Shown here: positions 33,001 through 43,692 of the stretch, piece by piece
How the letters are laid out: each line of letters starts with the position of its first letter
How positions within the stretch are numbered: the first letter of the stretch is position 1
Assembly (NCBI GenBank): GCA_964016885.1
Contig: OZ024759.1
Location: forward strand, 6,200,001 to 6,264,000
Source of the DNA: Eledone cirrhosa
Taxonomy: Eukaryota
Direction of reading: 5' to 3'
DNA: 64,000 nucleotides
Program-made: the position numbers and the translations under genes
The notes under the pieces: model-generated
Told to the model about the DNA's origin: nothing
What the model saw: the letters and a program-made list of their open reading frames with translations, nothing else
Databases searched by the model: none

Positions 33001-36000
33001 TACTATAAACATTTAGTACCAAACAACACTATGACTACATCACATTAAATATTAAAGTCTTTACTGTAATACTATAAATTTCCACAACAATCTGTCTACC
33101 AGTAAAGATACTACAAAGATTTAGTACAAAACAACACTATGACTACATCACATTAAATATTAAAGTCTTTATTGTAATACTGTAAATGTTCACAACAATC
33201 TGTCCACTAGTAAAGATACTATAAACGTTTAGTACAAAACAACACTATGACTATATCACATTAAATATTAAAGTCTTTACTGTAATACTATAAATATTCA
33301 CAACAATCTGTCCACCAGTTAAGATACTATAAACATTTAGTACAAAACAACACTATGACTACATCACATTAAATATTAAAGTCTTTACTGTAATACTGTA
33401 AATATTCACAACAATCTGTCCACCAGTAAAGATACTATAAACATTTAGTACAAAACAACACTGACTACATCACATTAAATATTGAAGTCTTTATTGTAAT
33501 ACTGTAAATATTCACAACAATCTGTCCACCAGTAAAGATACTATAAACATTTAGTACAAAACAATACTATGACTACATCACATTAAATATTAAAGTCTTT
33601 ACTGTAATACTGTAAATATTCACAACAATCTGTCCACCAGTAAAGATACTATCAACATTTAGTACAAAACAACACTATGACTACATCACATTAAATATTA
33701 AAGTCTTTACTGTAATACTATAAATATTCACAACAATCTGTCTACTAGTAAAGATACTATAAACATTTAGTACAAAACAATACTATGACTACATCACATT
33801 AAATATTAAAGTCTTTACTGTAATACTGTAAATATTCACAACAATATGTCCACCAGTAAAGATACTATAAACATTTAGTACAAAACAACACTATGACTAC
33901 ATCACAAAGTCTTTACTGTAATACTGTAAATATTCACAATAATCTGCCTACCAGTAAAGATACTATAAACATTTAGTACAAAACAACACTATGACTACAT
34001 CACATTAAATATTAAAGTCTTTACTGTAATACTGTAAATGTTCACAACAATCTGTCCACTAGTAAAGATACTATAAACGTTTAGTACAAAACAACACTAT
34101 GACTACATCACATTAAATATTAAAGTCTTTACTGTAATACTGTAAATATTCACAACAATCTGTCTACTAGTAAAGATACTATAAACATTTAGTACAAAAC
34201 AATACTGTGACTACATCACATTAAATATTAAAGTCTTTACTGTAATACTGTAAATGTTCACAACAATCTGTCCACCAGTAAAGATACTATAAACATTTAG
34301 TACAAAACAACACTATGACTACATCACATTAAATATTAAAGTCTTTACTGTAATACTATAAATTTTCACAACAATCTGTCTACTAGTAAAGATACGATAA
34401 ACATTTAGTACAAAACAACACTATGAATACATCACATTAAATATTACAGTCTTTACTGTAATACTGTAAATGTTCACAACAATCTGTCTACCAGTAAAGA
34501 TACTATCAACATTTAGTACAAAACAACACTATGACTACATCACATTAAATATTAAAGTCTTTACTGTAATACTGTAAATATTCACAACAATCTGTCCACC
34601 AGTAAAGATACTATAAACATTTAGTACAAAACAACACTATGACTACATCACATTAAATATTAAAGTCTTTACTGTAATACTGTAAATATTCACAACAATC
34701 TGTCCACCAGTAAAGATACTATAAACATTTAGTACAAAACAACACTATGACTACATCACATTAAATATTACAGTCTTTACTGTAATACTGTAAATGTTCA
34801 CAACAATCTGTCTACCAGTAAAGATACTATAAACATTTAGTACAAAACAACACTATGACTACATCACATTCAATATTAATGTCTTTACTGTAATACTGTA
34901 AATGTTCACAACAATCTGTCCACCAGTAAAGATACTATAAACATTTAGTACAAAACAACACTATGACTACATCACATTAAATATTAAAGTCTTTACTGTA
35001 ATACTATAAATTTTCACAACCATCTGTATACTAGTAAAGATACTATAAACATTTAGTACAAAACAACACTATGACTACATCACATTAAATATTAAAGTCT
35101 TTACTGTAATACTGTAAATATTCACAACAATCTGTCCACCAGTAAAGATACTATAAACATTTAGTACAAAACAACACTATGACTACATCACATTAAATAT
35201 TACAGTCTTTACTGTAATACTGTAAATGTTCACAACAATCTGTCTACCAGTAAAGATACTATAAACGTTTAGTACAAAACAACACTATGACTACATCACA
35301 TTCAATATTAAAGTCTTTACTGTAATACTATAAATTTACACAACAATCTGTCCACTAGTAAAGATACTATAAACATTTAGTACAAAACAACACTATGACT
35401 ACATCACATTAAATATTAAAGTCTTTACTGTAATACTATAAATTTCCACAACAATCTGTCTACCAGTAAAGATACTATAAACATTTAGTACAAAACAACA
35501 CTATGACTACATCACATTAAATATTAACGTCTTTACTGTAAATGTTCACAACAATCTGTCCACCAGTAAAGATACTATAAACATTTAGTACAAAACAATA
35601 CTATGACTACATCACATTAAATATTTAAGTCTTTACTGTAATACTGTAAATATTCACAACAATCTGTCTACCAGTAAAGATACTATAAACATTTAGTACA
35701 AAACAACACTATGACTACATCACATTAAATATTAAAGACTTTACTGTAATACTGTAAATATTCACAACAATCTGTCTACCAGTAAAGATACTATAAACAT
35801 TTAGTACAAAACAACTCTATGACTATATCACATTAAATATTAAAGTCTTTACTGTAATACTGTAAATGTTCACAACAATCTGTCCACTAGTAAAGATACT
35901 ATAAACATTTAGTACAAAACAACACTATGACTACATCACATTAAATATTAAAGTCTTTACTGTAATACTATAAATTTTCACAACAATCTGTCTACCAGTT

Positions 36001-36016
36001 AAGATACTATAAACAT
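1..36016. repeat. Tandem satellite, 108-bp monomer (consensus CTGTCCACCAGTAAAGATACTATAAACATTTAGTACAAAACAACACTATGACTACATCACATTAAATATTAAAGTCTTTACTGTAATACTGTAAATATTCACAACAAT), about 335 head-to-tail copies, truncated by window start
   Basis: CTGTCCAC recurs at 1, 109, 217 and onward. Monomers differ by a few substitutions and recurrent 2-, 3-, 8- and 10-bp deletions. The last partial unit ends at ...ACTATAAACAT (36016). No ORF from this region appears in the ORF track. Confidence 0.99.
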
Positions 36017-36088
36017 CTGAATTAACAAACCAGTTTTTAAATATTTTCTACTAAATCATTACATATTTCTACAGAAATCTTTTGTAAT

Positions 36089-36390
36089 TTAACCCTTCAC
36101 ATTTACATTACTCTATATTTACTATTATATTTTCACAGTAAATGTTTTATCTCATATAAAATTGAATCTATGAGATTTTGATACTATCTATTTTGAGAAC
36201 AATACCTGAACATAAGTATGAGTGGCCGGTTACAGCCGGTTGGAACAGAAAGAGGTGAGAGAATTCTGGCCGGGTATGGCCTGTTAAGGTTCTTCTTTAA
36301 AAGCATGTAGGAAGATTTTAATTTAAATTGGAAACCCTTACTTGATAGAACCAGAGCTGGTTTTGGCCGGGTTAGTAACAAAAGGGTTAA
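36089..36390. mobile_element. piggyBac-like non-autonomous element (MITE), possibly a composite of two related elements
   Basis: Bounded by TTAA-CCCTT (36089-36097) and AAGGG-TTAA (36382-36390); a TTAA target site with CCC...GGG termini is typical of the piggyBac superfamily. An internal ~50 bp recurs at ~46280-46330. The terminal inverted match is only ~5 bp. Confidence 0.5.
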
Positions 36391-36449
36391 ACAATGACAG
36401 TTGTATTTGGTAAATAACATTATTACTTCAGTTCTGTGTTAGTTCAAAA

Positions 36450-36476
36450 ATAATTTTACTGTGTGTTGTATTTCAG
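36450..36476 (+). promoter_or_regulatory. 3' splice acceptor of the large APC1 exon
   Basis: T-rich tract ending TATTTCAG|GA at 36476/36477, just before APC1 similarity begins. The ORF-track start at 36461 is a GTG within this tract, not an ATG. Confidence 0.8.
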
Positions 36477-39400
36477 GAGAACTCCAAGAGGGAATCTGTG
36501 TCTTGGAGTCTACTACGGCATCTGTGTTTACCAGCCGAGGCGAAGAATACAACGTCGCTTTGCCGTTCCAGGTCACAAAATCTTGGGTTATCAAGAATGG
36601 GCTACTGTTTGAACGTTCACTGTCGTCGTCAGAAATTGTCCCTACGGTCACACGCAATGCCCCCAACCACTCAGTTGTGTTCAGTATGTTACACCCCCTC
36701 AACGACATTGCCCCTGTCATTCACGGCCCCAACAACACCACACAGAACAAGGTTAGTTACTTCACTGACACTGCTCAAAGCATTGTTTTCAGCTGTGTTG
36801 AGCCGTCCATCTTACTTGTGTACGACAACACCACCGGACTACACTGCGTGTGGAAGGTCCGTCGTGTTAAACCCGAGGAAAGTAACTTCTTGTTTGAAAC
36901 CTGCAATATGCCCAGCATGTGTCACCTTAACAGTTCCTTACTGAATTCATCTCACAACCAGTCTAAGGTTAGCAGTATTTCCTCCAACATGTCCATGTTT
37001 CAGAATTTCTCCAACAGAACCTTTAGCTCTCCATCTTGTTCCGTAAGTCCGAATGTAAGTAACCACTTAACATCGTCCGGCAATTCAGGAAGTCGTACAC
37101 AGTCTCCAGCTTTTGCATCTTCCAGTCAGTCTCGGCCATTCTATAGCCTCAACACACAGTCACGGTCCTCCATGACCTTCATGCGTTCCCCGCCAATCAG
37201 CCACCAGAGTTTCTCAGTGATGTCCGAAAACATGAACTACCGTATTGAGCCGGTCAATCCTGACATATGTCTGGACCACATCTGGACAGAGTCGGCTACA
37301 TCAAATCGCGAAGAGTTTGTTGGGAAAGCCAGCAAAGCATTCATAGCTAAAGACCTGTGTCAGCAGAATTACCTGTGTTACCTGATACCACAGCGACAAC
37401 ACCTACGTTGTGTGAAGTTTGAGAAGAGCAATGACAACTGCCAGCTGATATTTGGTTCAGTTTGTACAATACCCGCCAAGGATGCACTCCCAGTTGAATC
37501 ACTAAACTTAACTGTAGTGTTAGATTTATCTGGCAGTCTCATCATATACAGTGGAACGACTAAAATTAACAAACTGTTTGTGCCGACTTTACCAATAGGG
37601 ATTGGGCCAATGACTGCTGCTCCCTCCCTCACTCCGCATAACTTGCTCCGGGCCACGAGTTTGATCACATCGAGTCGACCATCAAACACAAACGAAATAT
37701 CTTTCGAAGATCAACTATCTCATATTTCCCCTGTGATAAGATCGCCGAATATGAACGAGAACTGCGTCTTGGAGAATTCTTCAAGAAACTCTGAGATTTT
37801 CTTTCAAGACAACTTGGTCGATTCCATTCGAGACAACACCCTCTCGCGCTTCACCATAGAAACCACTGATGGCTCCCTGTTGCGTACATCATTGCCGCCA
37901 CTCACTCAGTCAACAGGAATTCAAAGCTGTCTGGAAGCTTTGCGTTACATCTTGCCTAAAGATTGTGCTATGAAGATGCTGTCTCGCTGGTATACGACGC
38001 GTAACGTCACTAGTGGCTTTGACAACCAATCGGAGTGGGTCGTATTCTCTCACTTTCTCCTTGGACAGATGGGTTTCGATACCAGTCACCTTCCACTGAC
38101 ACACGAAAACAAATTTAACAATGCAACATCTCCGGTGGTTGAAGTGAAACGAGCAAAACCATCAAACCAGGGTTGCAAGGACGATTGGGAATATCTGCTG
38201 AAATCTGAACACCACCATTTCACGTCAAAGTACTTTGATTCTGCTCTTGGCTTCTCACCTGAAGAGGTGCCCAGCATGCATTTCCCAAAGCCATGTACTG
38301 TAAACCCATCAGCTCCTCTCTTCTCTTACATACCAAGTATTCTCTTCTCATTGCATTTGGTTTATGAAGAACTGAAGTTAAACACCTGCCTCTCCGCACA
38401 ACTGGAGAATTTAGCCCTGATGCTCTTCTTTCTCGCTAATAACCTGAAACGGTTCCACTACATGGACAATTACTGTCGGGACTTTCCTCATCTCTTTAAT
38501 CTGGTTGACGAAAACCACCAGATTCATCCTGAGCAATGGTCAAAGCTGCAGTTCACATCTATATTTACTGATGTTCCACCTAACATATATTTGTGGATTT
38601 CTAAGCTGCTCTCTGGACTGGAATCTCAACCAGTTCCATTCCTGCCAGACATTTGTAAACGGCTAGAAAACATCATCATATTGTATACCACTCTCGTTAA
38701 TCCGAAGTGTGAAGTTTCCCATTACTTAAAAGAAATTCCAGTTTCTGGCTACCGAACTCCATCATCTCGACCAAAAGGGTTTTTGAGTGAGACTGAGAAA
38801 AGGTCGTTATCTATAGCGGAGAGTATTGTGTTACTGATGACGAGGTTAGGGATCACGAAACGAGATCTGGAGTCTTACCCTGTTGGGGTCGTGTTACCAT
38901 TACGAGAAGCTATACTGCAGTGTCGTTGGGCTCCTCCGTCTGATTGGCCAGAAGAAGCCTACATTCTGATTGGACGAAAAGACTTGTCCCGAATCAGTGC
39001 TTACTGTAAATGTCAGCCGGGTTCTTCATTGAATGAGGGTCGTTACGTTAAAGAATGTCCGTCTCTCGGGAAATCTAATAAAGAAGATGACGATGGCATG
39101 GGTCACCTTGATGAGGAACTGTTGAAGTTACGCTTCAGTGAAGATCTCCGGGTCCAAGAAGTACGTCACATGCTGCAGTCGTCACGCCCTGTTCGTATTT
39201 CACTGCTACAGAAACCAGAGGTGAGCGACCACGAGTTTATAGAGGAGCAGGAACGTTACTTGTATGCTATCTGTACTAGGACTATGGCCTTACCTGTTGG
39301 TCGGGGTATGTTTACCTTGTCTAGTTTCCATCCTTTACCGACAGAGGCTCTCCCTATCCCTAAACTATGCCTGACTGGGAAAGCCCCGCCACGCAACACC

Positions 39401-41902
39401 ACAGTCGACCTCTCTCATATTGAAACTCCATCTAACATGGCTACATGGCCCCACTTTCACAACGGTGTCGCTGCCGGGTTAAGGATTGCCAATTCCTCGC
39501 AGATAAATTCCACTTGGATAAACTACAACCGACCTAAAACTTGTGATTTCACGACAGAATACGCCGGGTTCCTTATGGCCCTCGGTTTGAACGGTCACCT
39601 TGCCCACCTAGCCACACTTAACATCCACGAGTACTTGAGCAAGGGTCAAGATATGACAACTATTGGGGTTTTGTTGGGACTAGCTGCCACAAAACGTGGG
39701 ACCATGGATCAGGGAATAACAAAGATTCTCAGCATTCATGTACCTGCCCTTTTACCACCAACGTCCACTGAACTGAATATTTCTCACAATATCCAAGTGG
39801 CGGCCGTTTTAGGGGTTGGTCTTGTATATCAGGGCACGAGCCACCGTCATATTGCTGAAGTGCTACTGTCAGAGATTGGCCGACCACCTGGGCCTGAAAT
39901 GGAGAACTGTACCAACCGGGAGTCATATGCCACGGCTGCTGGTCTCGCCCTCGGTTTAGTCATGTTTGGCAAAGGAAGCGAAGCTGCTGGGCTGTCTGAT
40001 TTAGGCATGGCAGACACCCTCTGTCATTTCATGATTGGGGGTCACAAACGTCCGGTGACGGGGCCAAATCGGGAACGTTATCGGTCGCCGAGTTACCAAA
40101 TCAAGGAAGGTGACAGTGTGAACGTAGATGTCACCTCATCTGGCGCCACGTTGGCTCTCGGCATGCTCTACTTCAACACCAACAACACGGCCGTTGCAGA
40201 TTGGCTGAAGGCACCTGACACGCAGTTCACACTGGACCACGTCCGACCTGATTTCTTGATGCTGCGTACCTTATGTCATGGGTTAGTGTTGTGGGACTAT
40301 GTACTTCCAACCACAACATGGATTGACAGTAATTTACCTACGATTGTTCAGAGATATGGCTTCAAACGAGAGTCACATAGTCGTGACGAAGACAACATCG
40401 ATTATGAGACAATGAGCCAAGCTTATTGTAATATTGTCGGAGGGGCTTGTATGGCAATGGGGTTGAAATTTGCAGGAACTGCTAATGCAGTAGCATACCA
40501 GACTCTGCTGGATTGCATGAAACGCTGCATGTACTTGTTGCCGGTTCCTCCATTCTGCGAACAAGCTGGTAAAAGTACTGTTGAAAATTGTACAGTTGTT
40601 GTGCTTCTGTCCCTTGCAATGGTAATGGCAGGTACGGGAGATCTGGATGTGCTCCGTATAGCGAGGGCATTAAGGAAACGAGTTGGTCCTCAACATTCTT
40701 ATGCCACCTATGGTTCTCATATGGCAGTCAGCATGGCTATTGGTCTTCTCTTCTTAGGTGGGGGCCGATATTCTCTCAGTACAAAGCCAGAGGCCATTGC
40801 AGCTATGCTGTGTGCCTTCTTTCCAAAATTCCCCACTCACAGCATTGACAATCGCTATCATCTTCAGGCATTCCGCCATCTTTATGTCTTGGCAGCTGAG
40901 CCACGAGTCTTGATACCAGAGAATGTGATTTCACGGCAGCCTTGTTACGTTCCAGTGGAAATTCGATTTAACGACACCAAGTTCTACAAAGATGTCTCGT
41001 ACACTACGATGGCGCCGTGTCTCATTCCAGAGTTGAATTTATTGAAGGAAGTGAAGATCTTGGGACCTCGTTACTGGCCAATCAGGTTTGATGTTGACAA
41101 AAACTGGAAGACTCTAGAGCTGCTACTTAAAAACAGCGGCGTTGTATATGTGAAGCAAAAAGCTGGCCATTTATCCTATAGCGAAGATCCAAAAGGTTAC
41201 CATGGTCATTTAGCAAAGTCTTTAACAAATAACGAATCCAGTTTTGAATCCACAAAACTCCACCCCAAATCAATCAAATCGTTCACATCGGACGCTCGGA
41301 TATTGGCATTCTCCGAGTTTTTCCTGTTTAAAAATGAAAAAGAATGCGACAGGTTGGCCCCTGTTGTGTACAGCTGTGCCTTTAAAGAAAAACCAGAAGG
41401 AATCCCGACCCAAATGAACTTGGCCTATGAAGTGTGGCAGGCACAAATTAACAAAGCCCCCTTGGGACTTTGGCAGTTGAAGATTGTCTTGAACTATTAT
41501 GGCAGTAAATACCAATTTAAAGCAAGCGAGGACACAGAGAAGGTGCCACTTGTGGAGTTAGACTACGTCTTATCACTAAAGAACGAACTGGAAAAGTTCC
41601 TTGCAAACTGGGAGTCAAAGAACATGGACATTCTCTTAAAATACTTCCAAGAGAAGCTGTTGAAAGACGAACAGTGCGGACATTTGTCTGCGTTCATTCT
41701 CTGGTATGACATCCCCCATCCTCGTGAGTTGGCCAGTATCAGTGTGAAAGGGAAGCCGACACTCCCTGTGTTATGTAGCCAGCTTCCTCATTTACCTATG
41801 TCATCCATTATGAAATTACTGAATGCTTGGTGCATTAAGCAGACATTCAATGATAATAACAGCAGCCATTTTCCAGAGTTTTCCCTCCCTGTTGATCCTT
41901 AA
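36477..41902 (+). CDS. ANAPC1: Anaphase-promoting complex/cyclosome subunit 1 (APC1/TSG24/BimE family); terminal coding exon of ~1808 codons, 5' exon(s) outside the window
   Basis: Stop-free frame with APC1 hallmarks recognised from the family: LPFQV..W..NGLLFER, FSMLHPL, DICLDHIWTE, RFSEDLRVQEVR, RTMALPVGRGMFTL, WPHFHNGVAAGLRI, GFLMALGLNGHL and PC-repeat helices, NRYHLQAFRHLYVLAAEPR, KILGPRYWP, LSYSEDPKG. Ends at TAA 41900-41902. Confidence 0.97.
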
Positions 41903-42399
41903 TATATATATATATATTACATAATGTGTCAAGAATATGTATGTATTTATTCATGTATGTATAAAGTGACTGCATAAAATGTGTTTGTGTATAAAAGATT
42001 TACGACTAAAGAAAAGCTCCATTTGTTTGTCTAACTATGACAGTCTTTTGTTAAATTTCTGAAGACAAGTTTAAGAGGTTTAAAGTTTTTTATCAATATA
42101 TATCTACGTGGAGCCTGGTAGGCCCTGAGAAGTAGAGACCCTTGTAGTGGCAGCAGAAATGGCAGACAACTTCTGTGGGCCAGATGTTATTGTGTATCTC
42201 AGTGGCTTTATTTCCACTGCCATCTCTCACATATGACTTCAATCCAGAACCTTTTCGCTCTCATCGGAGGAATCCCTCCCTCATTGACCTCCTCCATTTT
42301 CTGTTATTTTGGTTTTGGTCATGTCAGAGGTATAGCTGTACTCACCACTCTTGGCCAAATGCAGGGATGGTGAGGCTGTTTAACCCAGAGCTGGGTAAA

Positions 42400-42543
42400 C
42401 TCATTTCTACAGCTGAGTGAACTGGAGAAACGTGAAATAAAGTGTTTTGCTGAAGAACACAATGCAAAGCCCGGTCCGAGAATGGAACTCACAACCTCGT
42501 GATTGTAAGCCCAAGCTCTAACCACTAAGCCATACACTTTCAC
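42400..42543 (-). mobile_element. tRNA-derived SINE (5' head and central region)
   Basis: The minus strand reads GTGAAAGTGTATGGCTTAGTGGTTAGAGC...GAGTTCCATTCTCGGACCGGG...TGTGTTCTTCAGCAAAACACTT...CTCCAGTTCACTCAGCTG. Pol III A box TGGCTTAGTGG at 42532-42522 and degenerate B box GAGTTCCATTC at 42490-42480. The 3' boundary is uncertain. Confidence 0.8.
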
Positions 42544-42879
42544 TACATATTATCCACCAAAATTTCCAGTTGAAAATAAAAGCATGAAAATATTTTATTT
42601 CACCTCAAAATAAATTGCTTCAAACAATTTTTTTTTTCTTGTTAAATATAATAAAATGTGAATATTTATGTTTTTAAATGATCTTTTAGTATTCTTTTGT
42701 ATTGACTTAGTTTTGATTTTTATCAGAATATTTCTAGTGAAAGATACTGCATGTGGTAATCAAATCATTTTGAAAATAATCAAGAATTCTGAGAAATTTA
42801 GTCAGTAATTATTCGTTCTCAACCTACACCACCAGTTAAATTAAATTGAATAAAATAAATGGTTTATGAGTGAAACCTT

Positions 42880-43280
42880 TAAGAGCACGGCAAAGATAGA
42901 CAGCTGAACGTATTCCACCAGTGGTGCCTATGAATGATCCTTCGTATGTCCTGGCACGACTGAGTGCAAAACAAGGAAATCCTGTGGAGCGCCGAGTCAT
43001 TGACACTGCAGAGGATGGTTATGGAACGCTGGTGATGCCTGGCTGGCCATATTCTGCACCTGTCCAACAAACGACACTCGAAAACAGCAATGAACTGGAC
43101 TCCACCTGGTGGCAAACGGAGTCGGGGTCCCCCCAGGATCATCTGGCGACAAACGTTCCCAAAAGACCTGATGGCAGCCAACATCACTTGGCAGGGATGT
43201 GAAAAAGCTGCTAATTGTGACTATTGGCGACTACTTAATGCTTGATGGGCTGAAAGGTGTCGAAGAAACTAAGACTAAGA
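42880..43280 (+). mobile_element. 5'-truncated 3' end of an RTE-clade LINE (family distinct from the copies at 43693-48050), decayed
   Basis: The frame from 42896 translates DRQLNVFHQWCL*MILRMSWHD*VQNKEIL...RW*CLAGHILHL...MNWTPPGGKRSRGPPRIIWRQTF, matching the RTE C-terminal pattern (F..RCLR.IL.I.W.D; GH..R; W.P.GKR.RG.P...W). It ends in a short ACTAAG-repeat tail. Confidence 0.8.
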
Positions 43281-43394
43281 GTTTACGATGGTTTTCAAAG
43301 CCACAGGTAAAACATCAGAAACCACAGGTAAAACAAATTTCATCTCCAACGTGTGGTCCTGGTTTGATCGTCAGTTGCTGGAAAATCAGTTCTT

Positions 43395-43692
43395 GTATAT
43401 ATAGATGTGTGCGTGTGTATAAATATATATATATATATATAATATGTGTGTAGAAAGATATTTGAAATTTCAACTTCAACATTTATAGATGAAATATATG
43501 TTTTCAAGGTTACCTCCCTTGAAATACTTGGCAGACGATAATGAAAATGGTCGTTTATATTTCTCTAAAATATATATTTATTTATATTTCATTCATAACA
43601 CTAGAATGTATATTGTAGATATATTTATTATGTAATATATATTATAGATATATTTATAATTCACTGATATTCCGTAAATATATCAAATATAT
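43395..43692. repeat. AT-rich low-complexity region with (TA)n runs
   Basis: (TA)n at ~43423-43441 and TA-rich degenerate sequence through 43692. Confidence 0.7.

Noticed and set aside
1-36016. CRISPR-like array or repeat-encoded protein
   Set aside because: Units are contiguous near-identical monomers with no unique spacers, no cas genes, no ORFs and a eukaryotic context.
1-36016. Recursive splice sites in the satellite
   Set aside because: The monomer has TTTAG, CCAG and GTAA motifs but no AG|GT juxtaposition and no good polypyrimidine tract on the plus strand.
36461-36476. ORF-track start MCCIS as the true APC1 N-terminus
   Set aside because: The codon is GTG inside the acceptor tract. 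The first in-frame ATG falls downstream of conserved APC1 sequence, so a spliced upstream exon is more plausible.
36439-41515. Short antisense and alternate-frame ORFs overlapping APC1
   Set aside because: They are 60-150 aa with no recognisable motifs, as expected by chance as shadows of a long coding exon.
42470-42543. Functional tRNA gene
   Set aside because: A and B boxes are present, but the B box is degenerate, I could not build a convincing cloverleaf, and the sequence continues into a SINE-like body.
42430-42860. AATAAA hexamers as the APC1 poly(A) signal
   Set aside because: Several candidates exist in AT-rich or SINE sequence (~42436, ~42575, ~42849), and none can be chosen without transcript data.
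42879-43453. ORFs of 102, 93 and 84 aa as small genes
   Set aside because: They are off-frame or antisense readings of the decayed RTE fragment and adjacent (TA)n.
43300-43525. CCACAGGTAAAACA direct repeat (2x) and TTTCAAGG...CCTTGAAA hairpin
   Set aside because: Too short to distinguish from chance or local slippage, and no supporting context.
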